Below, piece after piece: positions 39,518-53,559 of a stretch of DNA of 64,000 nt. Under the pieces are notes generated by a model that was given only the letters and a program-made list of their open reading frames with translations, was not told the DNA's origin and searched no databases. The stretch lies in NCBI RefSeq assembly GCF_006345805.1, contig NC_043001.1:120404001-120468000 (forward strand), given 5' to 3'. How positions within the stretch are numbered: the stretch's first letter is position 1; every line of letters starts with the position of its first letter. This stretch comes from Octopus sinensis (taxonomy: Eukaryota). The position numbers and the translations under genes were made by a program.

Positions 39518-40964
39518 TATGTGTATGTGTGAGTGTGTGTGTGTGTGTGTAATTGTATGTATGTATATATATATATATATGTATGTGTGTGTATATATAT
39601 ATATATATATACTCTGTTCCTTAACGCTTGTTGGTATATATATATATATACACTTTTACATATGTATATATACATATATATACGAGCGCGCGCGCGCACA
39701 CACACACACACAAACACGCACACAAACACGTACACATAGGCGTGCGCGCATGCACACACACACACACATAAACACACAAAGACGCATACACATATAAGGC
39801 AGAATAGCAGAATCGTTAGAGCGTTAGGTGGAATATTTTTTACATTTTTACCAACATTCTGGAAGCTTATTTGAAATCCCTCTGAGATCAACTTTGCCTT
39901 GCATTCTTTCGATATGAGGACGGTGGATTTCTGGAACTATTGGACCTATGAGAGAGTCTAACAACATACCTGGCCGCATCCCTACCGGCCTCTCGCTTTT
40001 CTTAGTCTATGATATGCAACTATTTATGTATATATGTTTGAGAACTTGTATTACAAAACTGCATGATATATGTTGCTGATGGATGAATAGAGAGAAATAA
40101 AAAGGGATAACAGTTAAATGTTTTAAACGACACCTGTAGCTCTTGTAGCAATCAGCATTGTTGCTATAGATACAGCATGCTGCAATGCAGCCATCTTTAA
40201 ATGCTTTGTCACCGAGGCAGCAGGTGCTGGACTTAATTTGACTTTTGTGTTGTTGTTGTTGTCACTGTTGTTCTACTTCTACTACTTTGGTGGTGGTTGT
40301 GGTGGTGGGTTTTTTTTGTTTTGTTTTTTTGCCTTTTCAATGCAATTTCAGCAAAAAGACTTGTGATCAGAGGCTTTCAGCTGGAGCATTCCAATATACT
40401 AATTTCCTTTTCAGGACATTAGGGTACGATTTAAGAGAAATTTGGCTGCTACAATAGAATAGTTTCACTGAGAAGGTAGACACTCTCATGCTTGTTTATT
40501 GTTGGTGTTGTTGGATTCTTTTTTATTTATTGTTGCTATTTCGGCTCAGGTCAACACAGATCAAGTAGTTTCTATTCTATTCTAGGCAGAAGGCCCGAAA
40601 ATTTGGGGAAGGGGCCAGTCGATTAGATCGACCCCAGTACGCAACTGATACTTAATTTATCGACCGCGAAAGATGATAGGCAAACTCGAACTCGGCGGAA
40701 TAAGTGGTTTTATAATGACTTTTCCAACCGTAATCGTACCGTCTTTTTAAAGGTACTGGGACAGAGTCTTAGAGAGTCATACGAAATACCTTTTTGAGGT
40801 TTGAGTTGAAAACCCACCGAGTCCATGCCTTTCATTCATACGAGATCTCATTCGTCTGTTTGAATTCGGAAATACTGGGTTTTAGATGTATGTTGTCTGA
40901 CGACGCTTGGTCAGATAAGTATGTTTAATTTTTACATTTGCTCTCAAATTTAAAATCTTGAATT

Positions 40965-41049
40965 ACTGTACTGAAGAGCGAGAATGATAGAGTGGAAATG
41001 TGGTTTTTACATTTTTCACATCTATCTAACTCCGAAACGCGTCTACAGT
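40965..41049 (+). ncRNA. Type I hammerhead ribozyme, canonical core, long stem II
   Basis: Stem I ACTGTA/TACAGT, CTGAAGA, G-C-closed stem II (GAG/CTC, GATAGA/TCTATC, GTG.AAATGT/ACATTT..CAC), GAAA, helix III ACGCGT, GUC site (cleavage after 41043). Confidence 0.88.
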
Positions 41050-41365
41050 TAATCAAATCCGGGTGGATTCGTTATTTTTTTCTCTTTGGGTTGTTGAGTA
41101 TTGTTGTTTGGGAGATTTTCTTATGGTAGAGAAATAGCTAGTTTTAACTGCTATTTCTAAATTTCGGTATGTGGTGAGGCAAATTTTTTGTTGAACACTA
41201 ATTATAATTATACGCCTAATTATAAAAATTTTTGTGTATATATTTAAATACATAAGAGATGGCCATAATGGGACATCTGATTTACTAGAAAGAGCAGTTA
41301 AACTCCAAACCACTGATGGTTGTAATTCTGAAAGGGAAAGAGAAATAAAAACGTTTACCCTATCT

Positions 41366-41453
41366 TTCCTGTACTATGCATAGTTTCGGCAATCTTTTTT
41401 AAATGGAATAAAATGATTTTAATTTACAATTGGCGTTGCCATCTCAGCAGGAA
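41366..41453 (-). ncRNA. Hammerhead ribozyme with a 1-nt core deletion
   Basis: TTCCTG-CTGAGA(N7 missing)-TGGCAA..TTGCC-GAAA-CTATGCATAGTA-CAGGAA. Confidence 0.65.
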
Positions 41454-41945
41454 GCCAAGGCTAACATATAGGCACGAGGCGATAAGGACCATGCCTCGAG
41501 TCTATATGCTATAACTTTTCAAAATCCACCACGCTCGTGCGATTTTTCAGCAGTATATATAACTGCCGATTTTATTTCAAAATTAGCCAAAAAATCCTTT
41601 TATCATTAATTAATAAAATTTAGGGTAGCAAAAAAAATTCTAGAAAAATTCTCCGCTACCAGTGGTCTAGCGGGAAGGAAAAAATAGTCAATAGACTATA
41701 TAATATACATTTAAATACATAAGAGATGGTAGCGGAGAATTTTTCTAGAATTTTTCTAGAAATTTTTTTGCTGCCCTAAAATTTATTAATTAATGATAAA
41801 AGGATTTTTTGGCTAATTTTGAAATAAAATCGGCAGTTATATTTACTGCTAAAAAATCGCGCGAGCGTGGTGGATTTTGAAAAGTTATAGCATATAGACT
41901 CGAGGCATGGTCCTTATCGCGTCGTGCCTATATGTTAGCCTTGGC

Positions 41946-42034
41946 TTCCTGCTGAAGATGGCAACGCCATTTGTAAATTAAAATAATTTTATTTTATTTA
42001 CAAAAGATTGCCGGAACTATGCATAGTCCAGGAA
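41946..42034 (+). ncRNA. Hammerhead ribozyme with GAAA changed to GGAA
   Basis: TTCCTG-CTGAAGA-TGGCAA..TTTGTAAAT/ATTTACAAA..TTGCC-GGAA-CTATGCATAGTC-CAGGAA. Confidence 0.7.
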
Positions 42035-42282
42035 AGATAGGGTAAACGTTTTTATTTCTCTTTCCCTTTCAGAATTACAACTATCAGTGGTTTGGAGTTT
42101 AACTGCTCTTTCTAGTGAGTCAGATGTCCCATTATGGCCATCTCTTATGTACTTAAATGTATATTATATAGTCTATATACTATTGTTTCCTTCTCGCTAG
42201 ACCACTGGTAGCGGACATTTTTCTAGAATTTTTCTAGAATTTTTTTTGCTTCCCTAAAATCTATTAACATATATATATTTTT

Positions 42283-42617
42283 TTGACCCCCTTCGGTCAG
42301 ACACTGACCATGGGTTTGCACCTAGAGAGTTACCCTCTGAGGCACAAGTCTGGGCAAGGTTGTTTTTATGGAAGGCCAGCAGTCGCCCATGCATACCGGT
42401 CTCCCCTCTCCACGTCACCGATGTTGTCCAAGAGAAAGGCAAAGGGGCCGATACAGCTTGGCACCTGTGACGTCGCAACTCATTTCTACTGCTGAGTGAA
42501 CTGGAGCAACGTGAAATAAAGTGTCTTGCTCAAGAACACAACACGCAGCCCGGTCTGGGATTCGAGCTCACAACCTCACGATCGTAAGCTCGACGCTCTA
42601 ACCACTGAGCCACGTGC
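42283..42617 (-). mobile_element. SINE family C variant (same head and core, different 3' half)
   Basis: GCACGTGGCTCAGTGGTTAGAGCG head, GAGCTCGAATCCC B-box-like, GTGTTCTTGAGCAAGACACTTTATTTCACG. Confidence 0.85.
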
Positions 42618-43393
42618 AACTGTAAATAACATGAAATACGAAAACAAATGTGTTCTATACGCAAACAGCGAGAGAAATAAATGGAAAAGAGGACAAGTAA
42701 CATAAAGAGAGACCCTTCATCAGTTGTCAGCTGTCTATCTACTCCTCATTTCGAGCATTGAACGAGAATATGAGTCTTCATGACAGTTGCTCCCAAAAGT
42801 ACCAAATTAAAATTTCGGATTTATTGAGGATCAAAGTTGCGAACAAAAACAGGACAAGGAAACAATACGAAAACAAACATGGAGGGTCGTTAGACTAGGA
42901 CGAAGTTAAAATAGTGAACACTGGAGAAATATTTTCTTTGAAAAGGGAAAAGACTGAAGAGAGAGGTAGAATATGTCGAGTCCTTAGGACAGTCCTGAAG
43001 GAAAAGAAATATGATCACATGAGGAAAAGAAAGATAGACGATGGCTATGTGTGAGCAACGAGATAGATAGAAAAAGAGAAAGGGAAAGAGAGACAGAGAC
43101 AGACAGACAAACAGACAGATAGAAAACGGTGAAGGGGAGAAAAAGATGAGGGAGAAAAGAGTATAGAACAAAGTCGTATCAAAACAATTTAGATAAACTT
43201 ACTTAGAAATGGATGCGTGGCGCACAATCAAATAATAATAATAATAATAATTATAATGATAATAATAATAACGATAATAATAATTATTATGATGATAATA
43301 ATAATAATGGTATTAATAATAATAATAATAATAATAGTATTAATATATAATAATAATAATTATAATTATAATTAATGATGATAATAATAATAA

Positions 43394-43433
<40 letters not shown>

Positions 43434-43475
43434 TAATAATAATAATAATAATGATGATGATGATGAGATGATGAT

Positions 43476-43531
<56 letters not shown>

Positions 43532-44160
43532 TACATACATACATATGCATATATGGGTACGGAACATCAACAACTGTAAACAACATGAAATACGAAAACA
43601 AATGAGTTTTATAAGCAAACAACGAGAGAAATAAATGGAAAACAAGACAAGTAACGTAAAGAGAGACACTTCATCAGTTATCGACTGTCTCTCTACTCCT
43701 CATTTCGAGCACTGAACAGCAATATGAGTCTTCGAAGACAGTTGCTCCCATTAATACCAAAATATAATTTGGTATGAACAGTGGCGATATAAAAGGAAAC
43801 ATAATGAAAAGAAACATGGAGGGTCGTTAGACCAGGAGGAAGGTAAAAAAAGCGAACGGTGGAGAAATATTTTCTTTGAAAAGAGAAAAGATAGGTAGAA
43901 TACGTCGAGGCCTTAGGACAGTTCTGAAGGAAAAGAAAGGTGATCACGCTAGGAAAAAAAGATGGACGATGGTCACGTGTGAGCAACGAGCGTGAGAGAG
44001 AGACAGAAAAAAGAGAAAGAGATAGAGAGACAGACAGACAGACAGATAGAAAATGGTTCAAGGGAGAAAAAGATGAAGGATAAAATAGTATAGAGCAGAG
44101 TCGCATCAAAAAATTTAAGATAAACCTACTTGGAAAAGGATGCATGACGTTCACTCAAAT
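42618..44160. repeat. Two diverged ~590-bp direct repeats separated by (AAT)n
   Basis: CAACTGTAAA.AACATGAAATACGAAAACAAATG at ~42618 and ~43571; both end ...GATAAAC.TACTT.GAAA.GGATGC.TG.CG..CA.TCAAAT. Confidence 0.85.
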
Positions 44161-44268
44161 AATCATATAAATAATACTATATATATATACATGTGTGTGT
44201 GTATATATATATATATAATATATATAATATATATATATTATATATATATATATATGTATATATATATG

Positions 44269-44350
<82 letters not shown>

Positions 44351-44399
44351 CTATATATATATATATATAATACACATACATATATACAATAACATATAT

Positions 44400-44567
44400 A
44401 GGTAATTATGCAGTTGAATAAATTAAAAACCGCTTTGGTTTGATATACAAAACGAGAGAAAGCAAAGACGGAAATCTTTCACACGATGAACATTTAGGTG
44501 TAAATATATAGCTGTTTATATTAATAGATCAAACTGATATTTAATTTGTTTATCCGCATAATTGCCT
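44400..44567. repeat. Small MITE-like element with ~28-bp imperfect TIRs
   Basis: AGGTAATTATGCAGTTGAATAAATTAAA versus TTTAATTTGTTTATCCGCATAATTGCCT. Confidence 0.55.
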
Positions 44568-45084
44568 CCATACCTCCTCTACTTGTTGCCTCTTATAATG
44601 GCCACTTTTTTTCCTATACTCCGCAGAATTAGTCCCCCGTAAACACATCGGAGTCTAAGTTTGAGTAATTTGACCGCTAGTAAGTGTTTTCTATTTTGAG
44701 AATCTCTGTTGACTAGAAATACATATACGTACAGTAATCAACATAAACGTAGAGGCTAATTTTCAATCATAAAAGTAAGAACAAATTAACTTTTACAAGT
44801 CAAGTGTATTCATGATTACCCTACTACCGACATTGAGCGCTCTTATCCTCAAATTACGTATAATTGTATCCAACCAATATGAAAATATATTACACTCCAA
44901 CTGGATGTTTCCCAGGAGAATCAATATATAATTCATTTGTAAATTGTCCATATTCTTGCACTTAATTCCCATATCAAATCGTATCGAGGAGTGTGTTACA
45001 TTGCTATATTGGATGTTAATGCTAGGTGGGTGTCGAATGACATTCAATATCATTTTTTTAATGTACTTTGATCATTTATTAGTA

Positions 45085-45122
<38 letters not shown>

Positions 45123-45714
45123 ACACACATATACATAGATGTATATATGTATGTACGTATGTGTATATGTTTGCTTATATATATACCCACACACCCACAC
45201 ATGTGTGTGTCTCTGTGTGTGTGTAAACAGGTTGATGATATATACAATACGCAATGCTTCCCAGATCCGTTTATTAAACTGTACCGCGTTATTCGCTTGA
45301 TAGTTTAGTATAATGTCATGTGTCATTCCATGGTGACCTCCCCTTTTTAGTACCATGAGTACAAATCTCTCGTTAGAAAGAAAATTCTCCATTATTTAAT
45401 GGAACATATTATTGATGAATACTGAAAGGTTTTGTTGTTTTTGTCTTCACACTTCTTTCCACCTTTCAGGGTACTGAAACTTTATTAAAGGAAATAAATT
45501 ATTTTAGACGATTTTGATTTATTACTTTATAATGTTCGGAAATTTCCCAGTACACACCGATAGGAGTGGCTGCCGGAATTCATTCAAAATGTCGTGGCTG
45601 AATGTTATGCATTCTTGAGCGACACGAGTCACATCTGGGACACTTAACGCAGCTGGAATTGATTCTATAATGAACCGATTGAATTAATATTCGTTAGTGT
45701 TATTATTCTTTAAA

Positions 45715-46635
45715 CTAAGCTGGAGAGCCGCTAGAATGGTCAGCACACCGGATAAAACGCTCAACGGCATTTCATTAGGATTTACGATCTGAATTCAACT
45801 CCTGCCGAGGTTGAGTTTGCCTTTCACCCTTTCGGGGAGGATGAAATAGATCCCAGTTGAGCATTAGAATCGATATAATCGACTATCCCCTTACCCAAGG
45901 TTTCAGGCCTTGTTCCTGCAGTAGAGTGGATTATTAGCCTTTAAACTCAAGACATATTAGCATATGGAGTGGTAAAGCATCCTTCTGGATGTATGAAAGT
46001 ATAGTTATAGCAAGGATCATATTTATAAACAAATGTTCAAACATCTGTTGCACTGTTATCCATTCGATAAAAGATATTTCGAAAATACAAAAAATAGAAA
46101 TACACAAATACAGATACCGTTGAGAGGAAGATGGCGGAAATTACATAAAGGAAAGGATAATTAAGTGCCGCTCGAACTGGAAAGATCTCTTCTTTCTATT
46201 GGCTGTGGAATCAAGAAATCTGTTATGCAACTGTAGCTGGCCTTCATCCTATTAATATTCATGTCTACTATAGGTACAAGGCCTACAGTATGAGAGTGCC
46301 AGTCGACCTCGGTGCTTAGAGGGTATTTATTTTATTGACCCCGAAAAGATGAAAGACAGAACGGAAAGACGAACAAAATGCCGCTAGGCATATTGTCCGG
46401 CGTGATGATGATTCTATTTGACCTCTCCCGAAATTGCTGAACTTGTGCCAAATTTTGAAACCAGCATTAAGGCGGCGAGCTAGCATTAAGACGCTGGGCG
46501 AAATGAGTTCAAATTCTGATGAGGTCGACTTCAACTTTCCTCCTTTCGGGGTCGATAAAATAAGTATTAGTGAAGTACTGGTATCGATGTAATTGATGTC
46601 TCCCTCCCATCAAAAACTGCTGGCCCTGTGCAGCA
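45715..46635. mobile_element. Cluster of degenerate SINE family A copies (+45715-45930, -46265-46420, +46470-46630)
   Basis: B-box and TTTCA.CCTTTCGGGG motifs in both orientations. Confidence 0.7.
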
Positions 46636-47332
46636 GGTTTTTATGGAGATGCGAGCGATGTTAATTTGGTTTAAGAAAACTATGGCAAAATTGGAGCGAA
46701 CTTGATTTCGTCTCATATTTTTTGGGTTTATATAGAAGTTGTTCAAAATATGGCTATCTGAATATCCCTGTAAAGATCCTCACCATATATACACAGTCAT
46801 ACACTCAGAAGGACGCCTTACTAGCTTGCAACCCAAATATATGTACTTAACGGATGATAGCATAAATAACTCATAATATATATATATATGTGTGTGTGTA
46901 TATATGTTTGTATATATATGTGGGGGGGGGGATGGAGATGCGTGACTGAATGGCTAGAGAATTAAACTTTATGTCGTAAGATTGTGGTTTCGATTTCTTG
47001 GGTGGTTGATGGGTTTTGTTCTTAAGCAAAGCAATTTTTTTGAGCCTCCAGTCTATTCAGTTGGCAAAACGGATTTATCCTGTGACTGACGCGCGTTCCG
47101 TCCAGCGGAATAGTATATGCGCCGCAGAGTCTGGAGAACCGGCCTTTCCAGCCTGTAGTTCAGGAAGGAACTTTATTTTCATAAATATATATTTGATCCA
47201 TAATCATTTGACCTTCAAAATACTTTTGTTTCGCCAATGTCTCTCTCTCTCTCTTTTTATATGATAGATAGATAGGTAGATAGATAGATAGATAGATAGA
47301 TACATACATACATACATACATACATACATACA

Positions 47333-47366
<34 letters not shown>

Positions 47367-48939
47367 CATACATACATAGAGAGAGAGTGGTGGATGGATG
47401 CATGGATGCATGGATGCATGGATGGACAAGTCAATTTAAGAGTTGCGTGGCTTTGCCAACGAAGCAATGACTAAATATAAATGGTAATTTGCATCCTACT
47501 AGCCCCCAATACGACCTAATATTGATTCAGTTATCTATTGATTTCTTCTTGTCTATTTGGGCCGCAAATGCTTTTAGTACTAAACCCTGTTTTTCTAATT
47601 GTTAGTCAGGTTTTCGTCGACTGGACACAGGGATAACTTCGTGATATTAGAGATGCAATAACAAATAGCAGACAAACGTGTAACAAAAGCGTTGTATTTA
47701 TTGCGCCATTTCACCTACAGCTGCGCTATTTGCTTGTTATAGTCACGAAATATGTTTTAAAACGATAAAAAAAATTGGCCAGAATTCAAAGAGATGAATA
47801 AAATTGGCGTTTCCAGCAAAGTTCACGATATTATGAATGAAAGGTAGTCAGCAGGAAGGTTATTCTTTTCTTTTATAATTCTGATTTTCTATCAACATTC
47901 TTGAATGCACCGAAAATTCTAGACCAGCTGGAAACTACTTGGTTGTAATTATTTTCATTTCTACATCTACTTGCTAAGGACATCATTGATTTTAAAATAA
48001 ATGTTGGTCATATACTGAAACAATCGTTTCATAAGTTAAGGAGTATTCTAAAAGTAACAACTTTTCGTCATTTTAAGCTAGGATATCTTCAGGCAATCAT
48101 CTCGTTTTTGTTGTTGTTGCTGTTGTTCTAATGCATAGAATACAATAAATTATTTTGCTATAGTTTTAATGTTCACTCTTACTACCGATTACTGATTTAG
48201 GAAAAGGAGCCAAACAACTGAGTCAATACAAGTCTAGTTTGAAATTATTCTTTAAATAGAAACGAACTGATGTAAAAATTGTTTGAAATCTTATAAGATT
48301 TTCTAGGAAAGAAACCAGTTTCTCAAGGGTAGAGGCTAGTTGAGTATCTCTGCTAAACAGATTAATATATAAATGAAGCCACTCTGCATTCTCAGATATA
48401 TTTCGAATGTGAGTTTGACTATACACCACCTTAGTTCCTGGAAAGAGAGCAGCGAGTACATGAAGGACATCTCCAGCAACCAACCATGTCAGATATTCTA
48501 ATAACATATGCAAGGTGCCACGCAGTGAGACTGAATCCGGGACCATACGAAGGAATGGATAATTGTGATAGCCATGTCATCCCTACGGGAAAATAGCAGT
48601 TCTATATAGATAAATATGTATCTATGTATGCGTTCGTGTGTGTGTGTAAATGTGTGTTTACCCATATATATGCACCTTCTATCGATATCTCCTGCCAGTT
48701 AACATGGGACCCCTTTACTATAATGTAAACTTTATTTGATTAAGGTATCTCTGGCCCGACGAGTAGCTAACGGATTACCCCTCGTTTGGGTCATTACTAC
48801 CCCTCGTTTGTGTCTGCTAGCTATGAAACATATGCAGCCTGGATTTTATCTACCCCATTCCGTAATTTTGGGTGTATATATATATATATATATATATATA
48901 ATGATAGAAGAGAGATATATAGAGAGAGAGAGAGAGAGA

Positions 48940-49178
<239 letters not shown>

Positions 49179-49713
49179 TCGTAAAATAATGTAATCATCT
49201 ACATAAGAAAATTGATAAACAGATCGTCTGCACGGAATATTCCTGGTAAACAATTGTTCTCTATGAAGCAGAGAGACAGGTTCTTGTCATTACCAAAATG
49301 TAGTGAACCAATGATTGCATCCTTGGAATTATGTAACCAACGATGCTAGTGTTCGTGATTCAAAATGATATAAAGTTTAAAAACTAAGGACTGTGAACTG
49401 GCTTCAACTTGGAATTGAAAGTGTTACAGGGTACTGTGTCGTAGATCAGCCTGTCGCCCGATCTTCGACACATTTTACGTACCTTGTTTTTATGAGATAC
49501 TTCAGCAGTAGTTTGTTTTTAACTGGTATTTCCTCTATTTTTATATTAGGAGTAAATTAATAATAATTTTGGTGGAGGGGCTAGTACATTACATCAATCC
49601 CAGTGCTTGACTGGTACGTATTTTATCGAATCCGAAAGGATAAAATAAATGCAAATCGACCTCAGCGGCATTTGAACTCAGAACGTAAAAACCGGGCGAA
49701 ACGGCACTAAGTA

Positions 49714-49765
<52 letters not shown>

Positions 49766-50409
49766 TAATAATAATAATAATTCGTTCTAATTTTAGCGCA
49801 ATGCCAACAGTTTTAGTAGTAGTGGTTAGTATGTTACTTTTACCCCAGTATCTGACTGATACTTTATTTATTGACTTCGAAATAACCATCGTATCAAAGA
49901 CTTAAGTACCAGCAACAGCTACAGAAGACACCAAAAAAGGCAACAAATATATCAACAACAGAACAAAACCAAGAACCCCAAGACACACTTTTCTCTATTT
50001 TGGGTCACTCAGACAGGTCGTGTGGCTGAAGTGACGGAGAACTTAAATGGCATCGAATGTAGATTAGTAACACTATCTAATTCACATACACAACAAATCA
50101 GAACATACGCTCCACAACACGAACAAAAAGAATCATTAGTACTAATGAACCACATGCATGAACGTAACACGATCACAATCATAACATTACATTCACAAAT
50201 AGTACACCAGCTTACAAAAAATTCATCAAAATACTACAAAGCACACGTTTCTGAAATAACTGTCCCAACGGATAAGTGACATCAGGGAGACATATTAACA
50301 ACAGACCATACAAGGAACTACTTGTAGAAACGACTGCAAAAAGCTGGAGAGTCTCAACACTCGTCTTTGCATAGAAATAAGATTGTTGGTCCCTTCTCGT
50401 AGTTTCCCT

Positions 50410-50740
50410 TGTACTTATAATAAACAGTATAAATGCACGTGGATAGAGACCGCCATGGAAGTTAGACAACTTACCCAATGTCATCAGGGCACTAGATATA
50501 GATGCGATGGCCATCAGTGAGGTGAACATCTCTTAGCCACGAAAGTTCTTCCTAGTAAACCTCTAAAAACGTGGGCAAATGTAGCGAAAAGAGAGCCGGT
50601 GAATGGATCCACTCTAAGCACGCGCCTGTAGACTGGAAAGTACGGTGAAGAGAGAAGCACTTTCCATGTTACTCTTGATGTGCTGAGTGACTCGGGAGTC
50701 GTAAGCTACTTTGGTACCCAGGGTGGTGATTCTACGTATT
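50410..50740 (+). mobile_element. L1/Tx1-like endonuclease N-terminal relic
   Basis: INSINARG*RPPWKLDNLPNVIRALDIDAMAISEVNI matches the APE motifs S.N.RG and D....(Q/S)E. Confidence 0.6.
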
Positions 50741-50928
50741 GAGGAATTTTGTATGAGAATTTCCTTATTAATTCTAATTAATTTATTGTTTACAAGTGCT
50801 TATGTAAATCCCTACTGGCTTTGTATTTTCCTAAAAGATTTATACGACCCTTGTGGCCGATAAAGTAAGCTTTATTATTATTATTATTATTATTAGTAGT
50901 AGTAGTAGTAGTAGTAGTAGAAGTAGTA

Positions 50929-50990
<62 letters not shown>

Positions 50991-51267
50991 TGTTGTTGTT
51001 ATTAGCAATAAATAAATGAAATTAATGTTTGAAATATTGTTTCTATTGGATAATTCATGCACATGTACATGATGATGGTTATGATGATGACGACAATGTT
51101 GGCAGCGGCGGCAAATACGACGGTGGCGTTGGTGGTGGTAACTGTGCTGATGCTGTTTGTGTTGCTATCATTGTTGCTTAGATAAAATCCAATAAGTTAA
51201 CGCCTGAGAGGAATTTATAATTTATTTTAACAAATTCATCTCCCCATCTACTTCCCCTCATCTTTCA

Positions 51268-51695
51268 CTCTCTCTTCCTCTTGTCTCTTCTCTCTCTCCC
51301 TTCTCTCTCTCTCTTTCTCTCTCTCTCTTTCTTGTCTCTTCTCTCTTTCTCTTCTCTCTCTCCCTTTCTCTCTTGTCTCTTCTCTCTCTCCCTCTCTCTT
51401 GTCTCTTCTCTCTCCCTATCTCTCGTCTCTTCTCTCTTTCCCTGTCTCTTGTCTCTTCTCTCTCTCCCTCTCTCTTGTCTCTTCTCTCTCCCTATCTCTC
51501 TTGTCTCTTCTCTCTTTCCCTGTCTCTTGTCTCTTCTCTCTCTTTCTCTTCTCTTTCTCTCTTCCTCTCTCTTGCCTCTTCTCTCTCTCTCTCTTTCTCA
51601 GTTGATCTTGCTCTCTTTCTCTCCCTCCCGTCTCTCTCTTTCCCCCTCTCTCTCTCTTTATCTATCTATCTATCTATCAACCTATCTATCTATGT
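51268..51695. repeat. CT-rich higher-order repeat (CTTGTCTCTTCTCTCT units)
   Basis: Directly visible. Confidence 0.9.
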
Positions 51696-52055
51696 ATCTA
51701 ACCCCGCAGGAAATGCTACCGATTTTTCAGAATTTCTTTAAATTTTAAATTGATTTAATGCAACGATCAGATAACCAGTGTGAATATTTTCTAGCCCGGC
51801 TAAATTGGTTTGACTCTATAAATATATTGATTCGGGAAGAATATCAAAGAGAGGAACACTGCTAAATTTTAATGAGAAAAGAAATTGTAACAAAATCTGA
51901 GGCATGCATTATCGGGATACATGAACTGGAACGACTTTAACTGGAAAACGAAGCCACCCTCCCTGAGATTTGAGAATCCTACCAACTACAGTAGCTGCAA
52001 GCTTAATCACAAAACCAGAACTTTATACAAGATGGATGTTAATACGTATATTTAG

Positions 52056-52087
<32 letters not shown>

Positions 52088-53018
52088 CCTCCCTTTCTTT
52101 CTCTTACACACTCACACATCTTTTTTTATCATTCGGATACACATTATTGTGTTCTCTTCCATTCTATTTCCCTAAATATTTGTTTCCCTTCCTCTATCTG
52201 TGTATCTATAAATATTTGTCACAGTATACAATTATTCATTTTTTTTCTCTCCCCCTTTCCAAAATTTCTCTTACTTTATCACTCTTACATGTTTCTTGGA
52301 ACCTAAACAACATTCATTTTCTCTTTCCATTCGTTCAAATATTCGTAATGTCTTCTTTCCTCACCACCTTCCCAGTACATAACTGTGACGTTCACAATTT
52401 ACTAAACTTTAACTTATGATCACTTTCGTGTCATCAAAAGACAGGCTTTCTCATTGATTCGATAATGCAATGCACGAGGTTTCTAAAACTTATTTGACAA
52501 AAGGATACCGGAAATTCCGGTGCAAAGACTCTGAAAAAGGACCAACCTAAGTCTGGGGTGAGCGACTGGGTCCTTTTTCTCGTTTCTTTCCGTTCTCAAA
52601 TGGCAATTCTAAGAATATGTTATATAAAGGCTCGTGGTCTGGGAGCAGCGTAGAAGCTGGGTCACATGTTCAATGATTTCAACGACGTCTAGATGTAGTA
52701 ACCGTTAGCAAGACTAAAGTTTCTGAAACGCAATCGCTTGCTCTCCTACCGACGGCTTCGAGATTTAAGCCCCCTCCAGCTGATCTGGTGGTGGTGTTTC
52801 AGAAAGGCCTTGGCGTGATGGTGAGTACGATTTTTCTAAACCCTCTCGGAAGATTGGTAGTTTCGGATATACTCGTAAGCAGAAGGAAAGTACTGGCCTC
52901 CAGTGTAGTGACTGTCAATACTCCAATAAGAATCGGACGGTGGAGGGGGAAATTGCTGTTGTCGAAGTTGGACTTATTTTGGTAACTCCACAAGCTTCTG
53001 CTAGATGACCGGATTTGT

Positions 53019-53019
<1 letters not shown>

Positions 53020-53049
<30 letters not shown>

Positions 53050-53480
53050 AAGAAGAAGAAGAAGAAGAAGAAGAAGAAAGAAGAAGGAGAAGAATGAGAA
53101 GAATGAGAAGAAGAAGAAGAAGAAGAAGAAGAAGGAGAAGAATAAGAAGAAGGAGAAGAATGAGAAGAATGAGAAGAAGAAGAAGAAGAAGAAGAAGAAG
53201 AAGGAGAAGAATAAGAAGAAGGAGAAGGATGAGAAGAAGAAGAAGAAGAAGAAGAAGGAGAAGAATGAGAAGAAGAGGAAGAAGAAGAAGAAGAGGAAGA
53301 AGAAGGAGAAGAATGAGAAGAAGGAGAAGAATGAGAAGAAGAAGAAGAAGAAGAAGAAGAAGAAGAATGAGAAGAAGGAGAAGAATGAGAAGAAGAAGAA
53401 GAAGAAGAAGAAGGAGAAGAATGAGAAGAAGAAGAAGAAGAAGAAGAAGAAGAAGAAGAAAGAAGAAGAAGAAGAAGAAT
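53020..53480. repeat. (GAA)n with higher-order GAAGGAGAAGAATGA units
   Basis: Directly visible; explains the poly-R/K/L/S ORFs. Confidence 0.95.
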
Positions 53481-53559
53481 GATGATGATTTCATTTACTT
53501 GCCAGAAGGACGAGGGACGAGGGGGACAATAGAAAGACAGACATAAAGTGTGGTGGTTT

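Larger units (their letters stand above)
41240..42268. repeat. Second tandem-plus-inverted array (~467-bp unit) with hammerheads
   Basis: ATTTAAATACATAAGAGATGG recurs at ~41242 and ~41709; orientation flips at ~41727; the inverted 1.1 units run to ~42268. Confidence 0.9.

Noticed and set aside
39915-40112. Possible solo LTR (TG...CA with AATAAA)
   Set aside because: Only an imperfect 4-bp TSD and no second copy in the window
42700-42800. Hammerhead in the 590-bp repeats (also 43660-43745)
   Set aside because: GAAA precedes CTGATGA and neither a type I nor a type II arrangement gives consistent stems in both copies
48223-48546. 107-aa minus-strand ORF
   Set aside because: Begins in a SINE B fragment; no recognisable domain or convincing splice pair
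52560-53020. Zinc-knuckle remnant NKSGHLAEAC on the minus strand
   Set aside because: Half motif truncated by the microsatellite; probably LINE ORF1 or gag debris, too little to call
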